Below are positions 27,708-37,541 of a DNA stretch of 64,000 nucleotides, piece by piece. Both the position numbers and the translations under genes were made by a program. A model generated the notes under the pieces. It was not told the origin of the DNA, ran no database searches, and saw only the letters and a list, made by a program, of their open reading frames with translations. Location: assembly GCA_040217195.1 (NCBI GenBank), contig JAVJNR010000005.1:32001-96000 (forward strand), given 5' to 3'. The first letter of the stretch is position 1. The number at the start of each line of letters is the position of its first letter. Source of the stretch: Leptospiraceae bacterium (GTDB lineage Bacteria; Spirochaetota; Leptospiria; Leptospirales; Leptonemataceae).

Positions 27708-28865
27708 TTATTTGAGGTATTTCTGTAAAGTGGGATTTTGTTTCATGTCCTTGAGCAAACCCTTGATACCGTCCAGTTTTTCTCGGCTGGCCACAAAGAG
27801 AATGTCTCCTTCATCCACCACAATTACATCTTCTACACCCAGCAGGGCCACCAGCTTCTTTTCGCTTACTACAACGCTGTTTCTGGAGTCCTTTTGAACC
27901 AGATTCTGGCTTCCGGGGCCAACCAGAGTCAGACCATTGCTTTTAGGCTCCACAATTCTCTCCAGAGCTGTCCAGCTGCCCACATCATCCCAGTGAAACC
28001 GGGCCGGAACAACGCTGGCTCGTTTCGATTTTTCCATTATGGCAATGTCCACCGGTAGCTCAGGCACCCGGGGAAAGGCCTTTTTCAGAGCAGCTCCGGC
28101 CCCGGCCTTCTCCAGAGGTCCGATAATCGACGGAGCATGAGCCCTGAATTCATCGATGATCGTATCCAGAGACCAGATAAAAATTCCTGAATTCCATAGA
28201 TAACCCTTCTTCAGATATTGAAGTGCCGTTTTGGGATCTGGCTTTTCCTTGAAAGATTGCACATCAAAAACACCGCTCTGACTGGACTTCCCTCTCTGGA
28301 TATATCCGTAACCCGGATCCGGCCTGGTAGGAACGATTCCCAGGGTGATTAGCTTTCCGTCCTGGGCAGCTCGTATAGCGGTCTTCAAGGTATCTTTAAA
28401 CTTGTCCGGCGGATCAATGTAATGGTCCGCACTCATAACTACCATAGTGGCACCAGGATGTTTTTTCTGAAGCTGTAATGCTGCCAGTGCAATTATGGGG
28501 GCCGTGTTTCGCCCCATGGGTTCCACTACAAATTTCAGATTCAGCTCCGGATGGATCTTTTGTATGGTCTTCTTTAACTCAGAATTGCAGCCCACATATA
28601 TGTTGTTTGCGGAGGCCACCAGCCTGGCTCTTCGCACCGTCTCATCCAGCAATGTGCGATTGGAATATATCTTCTGTAATTGTTTCGGATGACTGGCTGT
28701 AGATTTGGGCCAGAATCTTTCGCCCTTACCGCCGGCCATAATCAGAACTACTACTTCAGAGGAAGTTCCTTTTTTCGATCCGGTCTTTTTTGCCGTAACG
28801 GTTGGCTTCTTTTTACTGGATGCCTTGCTCGAGGTTTTCTTCGAGGTCTTCTTATTCGTTGCCAT
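27708..28865 (-). CDS. manC: Mannose-1-phosphate guanylyltransferase
   Basis: IMAGGKGERFWPKS..PKQ, EPMGRNTAP, ADH, GYGYI, FKEKPD, WNSGIF and WDDVGSW. Confidence 0.93.
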   Translation of the reverse strand: MATNKKTSKKTSSKASSKKKPTVTAKKTGSKKGTSSEVVVLIMAGGKGERFWPKSTASHPKQLQKIYSNRTLLDETVRRARLVASANNIYVGCNSELKKTIQKIHPELNLKFVVEPMGRNTAPIIALAALQLQKKHPGATMVVMSADHYIDPPDKFKDTLKTAIRAAQDGKLITLGIVPTRPDPGYGYIQRGKSSQSGVFDVQSFKEKPDPKTALQYLKKGYLWNSGIFIWSLDTIIDEFRAHAPSIIGPLEKAGAGAALKKAFPRVPELPVDIAIMEKSKRASVVPARFHWDDVGSWTALERIVEPKSNGLTLVGPGSQNLVQKDSRNSVVVSEKKLVALLGVEDVIVVDEGDILFVASREKLDGIKGLLKDMKQNPTLQKYLK

Positions 28866-28969
28866 TTCTTTCCTTTAATTTCAGATATTTCTGCCCGGGC
28901 CCGGGTCTTTACAACACCATGCTGGTTTTAGTATTATTTGAGGCGATCAATAGATAAATTCAGTTCCAA

Positions 28970-30034
28970 TCATGGAGGGGTCAAATCTCTAAACCCTCCA
29001 TCCGGCCGAGCTGCCTGGGGAAGCGTATTTCGGACTCCTGGAAACGTTCCTGGATCACGCGGAGTCGTTCGCGTATTGGGAGCCGGTTCTTCAATGGTGG
29101 TAAAATCGTAGGGCTGAACCGGAGGTTCATTTTGAGGATTCTGTGCAGCCGGCTCCTGTAGCTGACCCTGATTTCCAGGCTGGTTACCGCGAAAGTATTG
29201 CTCATAGGGCATAACCAGAACTCGAACGTTATCACTCAAAGAATCCACCGCTGCATAGTCACGAAGCTCCGGATATTTCTGCAGCAGCACTGCCATCTTT
29301 TCCAGACGATCCAGATACACCTCATTCAGGATTTCGCTTGCCTGTTTCTTGGCTCTTGCCTGGTCGATTATGCTGATACGTTCCAGACGATTGTTCAATA
29401 GATTCTGGCCGGCCTGAAGCGTTGCATTGTAGCGTCCTGCATCCGGAACATAGATTCGTTCTACATAGATCCTGCGAAATTCGATACCTTCCGGTCTGAA
29501 ATAGTTATTCAGTTCGGTACGCAGGTCGCCCCTTACGTAGAGATTTAACTCATCTTCCAGTCCATTCAAGGCCGCTTCGTTGGGAGCCAGCTGCCTCATC
29601 TTTGTGGCCCAGAAGGATCGCATTCGTAGCTCCAGATACGGCTTTAATTGAGACCAGTCCCCTACGGGAAGGCTGAGAAACAGGGAACGAATGTTCCCCT
29701 CTGAGATGGCATATTCATAATGAGCCTCTACCTGTACGGCGAAGCTATCATCCAGTCCCAGTAACTGGCCGGCCGGGAACTGATAGATCCAGGGAAAACG
29801 AATAAAGCGGGGCTCAAGTTGAATTCTATGTAATCGGACTCGATTGGGGATGGCCAGAGAAGGCAAGAAACTGGTTTCGCCCGGTGAGATAAGCTCATCC
29901 TGGAGGCCGTCCACGGTATCTTCCACCAGGATGGTTTCCCGGTAACCGGCGGTGACTGTGCCTGCATAAGCCCAGGCGATTACAGATGCTAACAGTACGC
30001 CCCAGAAAAGTGAGCGAAAGAATCTACCAGTCAT
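28970..30034 (-). CDS. Membrane-anchored protein, possibly a divergent SPFH/band-7 domain
   Basis: N-terminal TM helix, [21 protein letters not shown], coiled coil and Pro-rich tail; ATGA overlap with hfq. Confidence 0.6.
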   Translation of the reverse strand: MTGRFFRSLFWGVLLASVIAWAYAGTVTAGYRETILVEDTVDGLQDELISPGETSFLPSLAIPNRVRLHRIQLEPRFIRFPWIYQFPAGQLLGLDDSFAVQVEAHYEYAISEGNIRSLFLSLPVGDWSQLKPYLELRMRSFWATKMRQLAPNEAALNGLEDELNLYVRGDLRTELNNYFRPEGIEFRRIYVERIYVPDAGRYNATLQAGQNLLNNRLERISIIDQARAKKQASEILNEVYLDRLEKMAVLLQKYPELRDYAAVDSLSDNVRVLVMPYEQYFRGNQPGNQGQLQEPAAQNPQNEPPVQPYDFTTIEEPAPNTRTTPRDPGTFPGVRNTLPQAARPDGGFRDLTPP

Positions 30035-30276
30035 TTAGACTCGGAGGATTCCTCCTCAGCCTGGATCTGAATAGACCGAGCAAGAATGATGGTTGATATA
30101 GCATGCTTGTAAACCAGAGATTGTTTACCATCGTTTTCAATGACGATGGTAAAGTTGTCGAAGCTTACAACGCGGCCTTTCAGGGGTACTCCATTCATTA
30201 GATAGATGGTGATTTCCATCTTCTCCTTTCTGGCGGAGTTCAGTACCATATCCTGTATATTATTTTTATTTCCCAT
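30031..30276 (-). CDS. hfq: RNA chaperone Hfq
   Basis: NIQD..LN..RKE, IYLMNG..LKG...SFDNF and [10 protein letters not shown]. Confidence 0.97.
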   Translation of the reverse strand: MGNKNNIQDMVLNSARKEKMEITIYLMNGVPLKGRVVSFDNFTIVIENDGKQSLVYKHAISTIILARSIQIQAEEESSESK

Positions 30277-30330
30277 ACAATGGACACCCGAGGCGTTTCT
30301 GCAGGAGAATTATTCTTGAACGGCTCTGAG

Positions 30331-31269
30331 TCAATGATTAATTCCAGGCCCAGAGAAAAGATTAATTGCTGCTTCTTCCAGATCTACTGAATTCAGCGAA
30401 TCCACAAATTTCACGTAAGAGCGCTTCTGAAACCAGATCCTCTGCCTTCTTGCATACTGTCTATGAACGATCCAGAGCCTTTCTTTCAGTTCTTCTTTGC
30501 TCATGTCGCCGTCCACACAGGACAATGCTTCTGGATATCCCAGAATCTTCAGGCCCGGACAGGATCCAAATCTCTGCCTGCAGGAGCGTGCCTCTTCAAG
30601 AATTCCCTGTTCTATCATCTCACTGGCTCTGATTTCCAATCTTTGCCACAGAACTTCCTCTCCTGGGTAAAGAAACAATCCCTGGAAGTCAAAACCACTG
30701 CCCGGTTCGTTTCGCTTCTGCTCCCAGAGTTCTTTCATGGTTTTGTTAGTAGAAAGAACCATGATCAAGTACCTTTCCACGCGATAGGCATCGTTGGGAT
30801 GGATTCGTCCCTGGGAGGGAGATTCTCCAGTAGCCACAATGCACTCTGGATCCTTCTGCAATAGAAGTTCCAACCGCTCCGAATGCTCCATTCCCTTTAC
30901 ACGGTTGCGAATTTCAGGATCCTCTTCAAAGTCGAATGGACCGGTAATCAACATCTGCAGATAAAAGCCAGCGCCGCCAACGAGCATTGGAATTCGATTT
31001 CTATCAATGACGTCCTGAATTGACGCAAGAGCCATTTGCCTGTATTCCATGGCCGTGAAGGTTTGATCTGGATCTATGATTCCCACCAGATGATGCTTTA
31101 TATATTTTAGTGTCTCTGGATTCGGTGCAGCGGTTCCAATTGTGAGATAGCGGTAGATCTGTCTGGAATCCAGAGAAATGATCTCGAATCTTTCTGGATC
31201 TAAAGAGTTTACAAGGTCCGTTTTGCCTGCACCTGTGGGACCGGCCAGAACGGGGATGATGAGACTCAG
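30331..31269 (-). CDS. miaA: tRNA dimethylallyltransferase
   Basis: GPTGAGKT, SLDSRQIYR.L.IGTA.P, VGGAGFY and RQYARRQ..WF. Start placed at CTG 31269; the alternative is ATG 31314. Confidence 0.93.
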   Translation of the reverse strand: MSLIIPVLAGPTGAGKTDLVNSLDPERFEIISLDSRQIYRYLTIGTAAPNPETLKYIKHHLVGIIDPDQTFTAMEYRQMALASIQDVIDRNRIPMLVGGAGFYLQMLITGPFDFEEDPEIRNRVKGMEHSERLELLLQKDPECIVATGESPSQGRIHPNDAYRVERYLIMVLSTNKTMKELWEQKRNEPGSGFDFQGLFLYPGEEVLWQRLEIRASEMIEQGILEEARSCRQRFGSCPGLKILGYPEALSCVDGDMSKEELKERLWIVHRQYARRQRIWFQKRSYVKFVDSLNSVDLEEAAINLFSGPGINH

Positions 31270-31838
31270 ATGGCCCCTTCTTTTTCGAGGATGTTGAGTA
31301 TGGCCGAGGTGCATTGATCGATGGAATCATTGGTAATCACATGGTCGAACTGCCTGGCCTCTTCCAGTTCGCGAATACCATCTTCAAGGCGAAGTAGAAT
31401 GTCTTTTTCTGAATCTGTTCCTCTATGACGGAGACGCTGTTCCCATTGCTTTCGATCCGGAGGCTCCAGGAAGATACTGATAACCTGATCCCCCATCCGT
31501 TCTTTGATGTGCCGACGCCCCTGAACATCGATGATCAGAATAACCGATTGCCCACGATTGATGATTTCCTGCACCGAGGATTCGGGCACTCCGTACAGAT
31601 TTCCGTGCACCGTGGCATGTTCCAGGAATTCTCCTCTATCTATGCGATTCTGGAAATCCTGGCGCTCCAGGAAAAGGTAATCCTTTCCATGCTCCTCCCC
31701 CGGACGCGGATCCCTTGAGGTAGCGGTAATGGCCACAGCCAGATCATTTGTCTTCTCCAGAAGATGGCGCACTATGGTATTTTTGCCACCACCGGAAACC
31801 GATGAAATCACTACGACTCTGGGTTCTTTGTTCTTCAC
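31266..31838 (-). CDS. gmk: Guanylate kinase
   Basis: SSVSGGGKNT, TSRDPRPGE..GKDY.F, HGNLYG, IDVQG and RLRHRGTDS. Confidence 0.96.
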   Translation of the reverse strand: MKNKEPRVVVISSVSGGGKNTIVRHLLEKTNDLAVAITATSRDPRPGEEHGKDYLFLERQDFQNRIDRGEFLEHATVHGNLYGVPESSVQEIINRGQSVILIIDVQGRRHIKERMGDQVISIFLEPPDRKQWEQRLRHRGTDSEKDILLRLEDGIRELEEARQFDHVITNDSIDQCTSAILNILEKEGAI

Positions 31839-31959
31839 TCTTCCCTTCTTCGGTTAGATCCTGAGCAGCATCCAATATGACACTACCAACTCCAAAATGC
31901 TTTGATCTATATCCAGACCAACATACCGGCCAGTTTAGCCCCGGCTCATTTTGGACAAA

Positions 31960-32793
31960 TCATTTCTGATAGAGTACGCCTTCTTCTGTAGGCCTGGTCT
32001 TGAATGGAGTGTCAAGCATCTGTAGGCTTTCTGCATGTCCAATGAATAGATATCCACCCTTCACCAGCATCTCATAGAATCGATTCACCAGCTTCTCCTG
32101 GTCCGTTCGATTGAAATAAATCATTACATTTCTACAAAAGATGCAGTGCTGACCCGGATGATTGGCTTCGAAAAGATTTTCAACATCGAAATGAATTTTC
32201 TGCCGCAGATCCTGTCTTACCTGGTAGGCATCTTGATCCTCAAGCTTCCGAAAGTATCTACGCAGAATGCTTTCTGGAATCCTTTCAATCTTTCGGCCAC
32301 TGTAAATACCGGTCCGCGCAAAATCCACCACTCGATTGGAAATGTCCGATCCCAGCAATTCCCATTCAAAATGGCCCAGACTCTTCATTGATTCAACAAT
32401 TTCCATGGCAAGATTATAGGGCTCTTCGCCGGTGGAACAGCCAGCAGACCAGAATTTAAGTTTACTACCCCGATACTCCTTCACCAGATCCGGAAGTACA
32501 TGCTTTTTCAATGCCTCAAAATTCTGGGTAGTTCTCCAGAAGTAGGACTCATTGGTTGTAACCGCTTCCAGGAAATGAACCATTTCCTGCTGAGCAGTAG
32601 CTTCATCATTTATATAGGCGAAATATTCATCGTAGGACCCCAGAGAAAGCGCTCTCAAACGTTTTCGCAATCGATTGGATAATAGTGTAACCTTATGATC
32701 CTTTAGATGGATGTAGGCCTTTTCATGGATCAGTTTCGCAAATCTCTGAAATTGCTCCAGGGTTAGGTCGGGGATCTCTGAAAAGGATGTCAT
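31960..32793 (-). CDS. cheR: Chemotaxis protein-glutamate methyltransferase CheR
   Basis: TTNESYFWR, WSAGCSTGEEPY, IFCRNVMIYF and GGYLFIGHAES. Confidence 0.96.
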   Translation of the reverse strand: MTSFSEIPDLTLEQFQRFAKLIHEKAYIHLKDHKVTLLSNRLRKRLRALSLGSYDEYFAYINDEATAQQEMVHFLEAVTTNESYFWRTTQNFEALKKHVLPDLVKEYRGSKLKFWSAGCSTGEEPYNLAMEIVESMKSLGHFEWELLGSDISNRVVDFARTGIYSGRKIERIPESILRRYFRKLEDQDAYQVRQDLRQKIHFDVENLFEANHPGQHCIFCRNVMIYFNRTDQEKLVNRFYEMLVKGGYLFIGHAESLQMLDTPFKTRPTEEGVLYQK

Positions 32794-34214
32794 GAGCGAA
32801 TCTTACGAGTACGGCGGCGATTATCCCCGGGCTCAGATGGTAACTGTAGCACCAGGGCCACTTCCGAAGGAGGAAACCTGGTGGCACGAATGATATCTGG
32901 CGGGTCAAAGCCCAGGGTGCCAAGCTCTCGTATTAGAACGGCTCGGGTTTGCGGACTTGTGTCAAGTAGATTGATGCCCGTGGATTCCAGAAATTCCTGA
33001 ACCCTGGCAATCCTTCTATCCTGGTCTGTACCGGGCTGAGTAGTCTCCAGGGGCTCATTGGATGCATACTCCGGGAGCTCATCCGCAACTGATTGCTGCT
33101 CGGAAAAAGATAACTCTCTCGACCGGCCGGATTCGTTCAAGTTCTGTCCTTTCTCAGGATCGGTCCGGTTCTGTGGGAACCCCTCTTTACCGTCATTGTC
33201 TTCATCGGATTTCCCCGGCGAGGTTGCAGACCCCTGGATGGTCTTTCTGTAGCTGCCTTCCGGATCCAGGCCAGACACATAATAATCCTTTCTCTGGTTT
33301 CGATGAGTTGCTGTGGACATGTAATCCTCTCCGGCGAAGCCCTCATCTTGCTGGATTGGCTCTGCATTTCTGCCAGTCGCTTTAGAGTCCCTCTGAAAGG
33401 CCGGCGCTCTGGACATCCGATCCACTTCCCGATCAAAAGCGCCTTTCTTTCTTTGATTCTCTGGGCCGGATTCTTCAGCCTGCGAATTTCCACCAAAGGT
33501 AAAAGCCTCACTGTTGATTCCCAGAACCCGGCCTACCATTCCACCGATTCGAGCAAGTAATCCAGATGAGCCGGGTTCTTCTTTTTCTCTGAGGACTGGC
33601 ATTCTTGATTCCCGGGATGGTCCTCTGGAATTACCAAAGTCTTCCTCTTCTGCGCTGCTGACCTGAATTACATCTTCCTGCATGCCAGCCAGCAGACGCT
33701 CCATATGCCGACCCTCGGACGCCAACTCCTGGGAATCCTCTTCAAAGTCCTGGCTTCCGTAGGTATTGGATTCTTCGCTTGCATAGGCCCGAAGATTATC
33801 GGACTGATTATCAATTTTTCGCCTGGAGCGAGGTTCGAAATCTGCCGGCTGTCCGGGACTTGAATCTGCTTTTGGGTCCACTGAATCAGGAATAACCAGC
33901 TCTGGATTGGGGCCGGTCTTTCGCTTTCGTTTAGATTTCTTGAGGTTGCGGTCGAATTCTTCGTTTGCCTTTTCCAGTCTCTTCAACACATCTTCAGATC
34001 TGCGTAACTGTCTGTAGAAGTGCTGCGTTTTTTCATCCACAGCACTGGTAGCAGTATTGATATACTGGATGGTCATCTGCAGATTGTCATAGAAGGCTCG
34101 CGGCACCCGATTCTTTCTTTCTTTATCCAGAGCCATCCGAAAACGTATAGAGAATGCGACATAAATCAGAAATGAGATTATGAGATTTACTGTAATTAAT
34201 ATGGCCAGTTCCAT
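32790..34214 (-). CDS. Hypothetical protein: N-terminal TM, coiled coil, long disordered linker, C-terminal HTH-like tail (DUF2802-like)
   Basis: Tail LIRELGTLGFDPPDIIRATRFPPSEVALVLQL; located in the fapA-cheR cluster. Confidence 0.65.
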   Translation of the reverse strand: MELAILITVNLIISFLIYVAFSIRFRMALDKERKNRVPRAFYDNLQMTIQYINTATSAVDEKTQHFYRQLRRSEDVLKRLEKANEEFDRNLKKSKRKRKTGPNPELVIPDSVDPKADSSPGQPADFEPRSRRKIDNQSDNLRAYASEESNTYGSQDFEEDSQELASEGRHMERLLAGMQEDVIQVSSAEEEDFGNSRGPSRESRMPVLREKEEPGSSGLLARIGGMVGRVLGINSEAFTFGGNSQAEESGPENQRKKGAFDREVDRMSRAPAFQRDSKATGRNAEPIQQDEGFAGEDYMSTATHRNQRKDYYVSGLDPEGSYRKTIQGSATSPGKSDEDNDGKEGFPQNRTDPEKGQNLNESGRSRELSFSEQQSVADELPEYASNEPLETTQPGTDQDRRIARVQEFLESTGINLLDTSPQTRAVLIRELGTLGFDPPDIIRATRFPPSEVALVLQLPSEPGDNRRRTRKIRS

Positions 34215-34298
34215 TTCCGGTATTCTCGTTTTCTATATTAGCTCAGCTCAGAAGATTCAACGGTTAGTGTATTCGGCCAGCTGCTGATATCTACGGCC

Positions 34299-34646
34299 TC
34301 AAGCGGTCTGATCGAAGTAAAGCGACTCTACCGCACGGTTTTGCCGCCCCCAGCCCAGGTTTTCGTACACTGTGGCAGGCTCCCTGTCTAGCTCTCTTTT
34401 TTCGCTTTTGTTCTCGGTGCGCCGATTGCCTTGATATCGAGCATCCTCCCGCCTTACAGCAGGATTCTGGCTCTCCATGGCCGCCTGGTTTTGCATGACC
34501 TGGGAGGGACGAACAAGATTTTCCTGTCTAGCCCGGCCCATATCCTGCATTTGCCGGTACACAGTCCCTGCCGTTTCGGCGGACTGGGTCCTGGCCTGCT
34601 CGGGTAGCGCATGAAGGGCCACCTGCATGTCCAGTGGGCGTAGCAT
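34299..34646 (-). CDS. Hypothetical protein downstream of fapA
   Basis: MLRPLDMQ N-terminus, reminiscent of small fapA-linked proteins. Confidence 0.65.
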   Translation of the reverse strand: MLRPLDMQVALHALPEQARTQSAETAGTVYRQMQDMGRARQENLVRPSQVMQNQAAMESQNPAVRREDARYQGNRRTENKSEKRELDREPATVYENLGWGRQNRAVESLYFDQTA

Positions 34647-34661
34647 GTCTCTTTCCGGCGG

Positions 34662-36650
34662 TTATCTCCGGCGATTGTATCGGGAACTGGATTCCAGATC
34701 CTTCTCCAATTTACCTATTTTAACATAACCATTATCGTACGTCAATGTCACCCCGTTATAGGTATCAGAAATATTCTGGGCTGCATTTCGGATGGTTACC
34801 ACCACTCCAGGGTGCAATTCCCGCTCTGCATGGACTTTGCCTTCCGCTCCCAGTTCTTCCATGTGCTCATCCAGCCGGCCCAGCTCCTCTTTTAGCTCAT
34901 TGCATTTCCCTTCCAGCTCGGACACTTCCTTCTCATTTTCTTCGAGCTTGGATTCCTGTTCCAGGCCAAAGCCCTCCGGATCCGCTTTCTTTCGTGCCTG
35001 TAAAGTGGCCATGGTTTTCTGGCCTTTCCTTAGCTGATCTTCCGACTCCTGTAGCATTTTACTTAATTCTTCGTGCTGGGACAGGATTCTGGGATCGGTT
35101 CCCACGGTGATTTCTGTGGCCGTGTATGCCTGGGAGCCTATGGTTCTGGCCCGCACTTCCCGGGTGGCCCGAATGTTTCCGCCCACAATTTGAGCCCTTC
35201 GACCGTTGCAGATGATCTTTCCACCGGCTTCCACGTTGCTATGTAGAATTCCTTCCTGTACAATCACATCGCCGGTTACAACTACAGAGGCATTCTGAAT
35301 AAATTTGGCAAATACTGAGCCGCCGGTGGATTCGATGTGAGCCTCTTCGCGCCCCAGGATACCGGCCTGAACCACCACATCTCCTTCTGCCTCAATCCTG
35401 GCTTTCTGTACCGAACCGCCTACTTCCACATTACCGGCCGCTTTCACTTCATAGTTATCCAGGACATTTCCACCAATCACTACAGAACCCAGAAACATTA
35501 TATTTCCTGTTTTGGGTCCAACATCGCCCACTACGCGATACACCGGTTCAACCGATATCTTACCCGAGCTAAATACTACCTGACCATTGATTTCTGCAGT
35601 CAATCGCATGCGATCGTCGGATAGAATTGTATTACGCCCCTGACGCAATTCCACATCTTTTCCGTCTCTGGCTTCCACAATACGATTCAATAGAGTTCGA
35701 CCGGCTACACCCTGCTGGGCTGGCATCTTCTCGGCCAGAATCTGCCCCACCACAACGTTCTCCACTAGATGCATTTGCTTGAAGTCTACTTTGCCAGCTT
35801 CATCTTCTTCCAGCTGAAAATCCTTCTTGATGTTCACCTTGTAGTCTATGTATGCATCTTTACCATGCTTGGCCGGTTGTCCCTGAGCCGCCAGGATCTC
35901 CTGCATATACATCTCATCGTCCAGAGCCTTCTTGATTTCATCTTCATTGAATCCAATTACCACTCCATGACTCTTAAGCGCATTTACCACATCCTGCACT
36001 TCCAGGTCCCTTCCACCAGGCTTGGGCGGAGTAATCTTTACATAGGCCTTCATTTCGTCTGGAGTGATTTCAACTTTGCAGGTGGAATCCGCTTCCGGCC
36101 GGGCTATATAATTACCAATCTTGATTGGCTCTCCCTTTTGATCTTTTATTGCTTTCTGGACTCCTCGCTGATCGAAGCTCATGACTCCACGTTTCTCCAG
36201 CTTCATGAATGCTTCATCTTCAGAAACGGATCTTCCATCTCCCAGGGGAGGAAATACAATAACATAGATACCAGATTTGTAGACCTTTACCAGTACTCGG
36301 CCATCTCGATGTTTGGGAGTCACATATTGATCCAGGTCTTCGGATAGTAGGCGATCTCCCACACCCAGCTTCATGGAAAACTCTTCCAGATCTGCGAACT
36401 GATGTTGTGGAGGAAGTACGCTGACAAGTATGCGAAAGGGCTTGGGACTCAGGAAGGATTGCTTTCCCCTTTCGATGATCTCATAATCCAGAGTGGAAAG
36501 ATCTTTGCCCAGATGACTGGCCGCTCGATTGAGACAGGAAGCGATGGAAAGTCCCACAACTTCAACCCTATCTTTCACAAGATCTGGAATATCCTCTTCC
36601 GATCCCAGTAATGCAGCCTTCAGGCGATCCATTAGCTGAAAGAATGCCAT
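34662..36650 (-). CDS. fapA: Flagellar assembly protein FapA (DUF342), with Jag-like N-terminus
   Basis: GKVDFKQ..VENV..GQILA, GDVGPKTGNI.F.GSV.I.G.V, AKFIQNA, IVGG and HPGVVVTI. Confidence 0.9.
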   Translation of the reverse strand: MAFFQLMDRLKAALLGSEEDIPDLVKDRVEVVGLSIASCLNRAASHLGKDLSTLDYEIIERGKQSFLSPKPFRILVSVLPPQHQFADLEEFSMKLGVGDRLLSEDLDQYVTPKHRDGRVLVKVYKSGIYVIVFPPLGDGRSVSEDEAFMKLEKRGVMSFDQRGVQKAIKDQKGEPIKIGNYIARPEADSTCKVEITPDEMKAYVKITPPKPGGRDLEVQDVVNALKSHGVVIGFNEDEIKKALDDEMYMQEILAAQGQPAKHGKDAYIDYKVNIKKDFQLEEDEAGKVDFKQMHLVENVVVGQILAEKMPAQQGVAGRTLLNRIVEARDGKDVELRQGRNTILSDDRMRLTAEINGQVVFSSGKISVEPVYRVVGDVGPKTGNIMFLGSVVIGGNVLDNYEVKAAGNVEVGGSVQKARIEAEGDVVVQAGILGREEAHIESTGGSVFAKFIQNASVVVTGDVIVQEGILHSNVEAGGKIICNGRRAQIVGGNIRATREVRARTIGSQAYTATEITVGTDPRILSQHEELSKMLQESEDQLRKGQKTMATLQARKKADPEGFGLEQESKLEENEKEVSELEGKCNELKEELGRLDEHMEELGAEGKVHAERELHPGVVVTIRNAAQNISDTYNGVTLTYDNGYVKIGKLEKDLESSSRYNRRR

Positions 36651-36684
36651 GCCCTCAGGACCTGGCAAGCAAGATTCCCTCTAT

Positions 36685-37465
36685 CTAGCTGGCATGTTGA
36701 GAAACCAGGGGAAGCTTCAAATCTCCCTCTTTAATTGAGGCTCGCAGTTGATGTGGCTGAACGGCCTGCTTGTTTAGAATTTCATCGAAGGTTTGCCGAT
36801 TGGTTTTCACGCCTTCCTTTAAAGGGATCAAAAAACGGCCTACTGTATGAGCTGTGGCAGGATCGTAGTGAATGGTAAAACTTCTGGAATCCAGGCCTAC
36901 CTGTCTGAGGAGTATTTCGATCATGGCAATGCCCATGCCGGCCCCTTCAATATGGTCGCTGAATTCCATGTAATAATCGTAGAGATTATCGATGGAAGCG
37001 CTGGTTTTGAATTTTTCTCTGATACGAGCTTCTTCCGAAGGATACAGAGGAAACCGATTCTCCACTGAAAAAAGCAAAACATCCGTCATTGGCTGGATAA
37101 CAATTCTGGTATAAATATCCTCCGCCCTCAGTCGGCTTTGATATTCTGCAATCCGGCTTTCCACCAGACTGTCCCGAAAAAACTGCATTCCTTCTTCGTA
37201 TTGCTCCGGATTTGTAGGATCCAGGTTCAGATCATGGAATACAATGCGCTTCAGATTGGCTTTGGCAGCATTCTGTACAAGCTCTCGGATGGCCGCATGC
37301 ACCGGGCCTACCAGATCATCTTTTCCGTAATGGGTCAGGACCTCGTGGATGGCACCTTCCAGGTCCCTTTCTCCCTTTTCCTTGAGATGATAGGTGATAG
37401 GTGATAAGGACGATTCGCTTTTGTGACCGAACAGCCTGCTTGATCCTTTCGGTCACGGCCTGCAT
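36685..37465 (-). pseudogene. HATPase_c-like (anti-sigma/Ser-kinase-like) gene frameshifted by a 7-bp tandem duplication
   Basis: N-box ELVQNAAKAN and G2 EGAGMGIAMI in the 36685-37302 frame. The ATG at 37465 joins that frame only if one TGATAGG unit at 37388-37401 is removed. Confidence 0.7.
37385..37408. repeat. 7-bp tandem repeat (two exact copies plus degenerate flanks)
   Basis: AGA-TGATAGG-TGATAGG-TGATAAG. Confidence 0.85.
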
Positions 37466-37541
37466 ACAGTCGAAAAGAGCATATAGGCCATTTTTTTTCT
37501 ACTATTTTCCTGCTCCCTTCCCGGCGCAGAATCAGGCTGAT

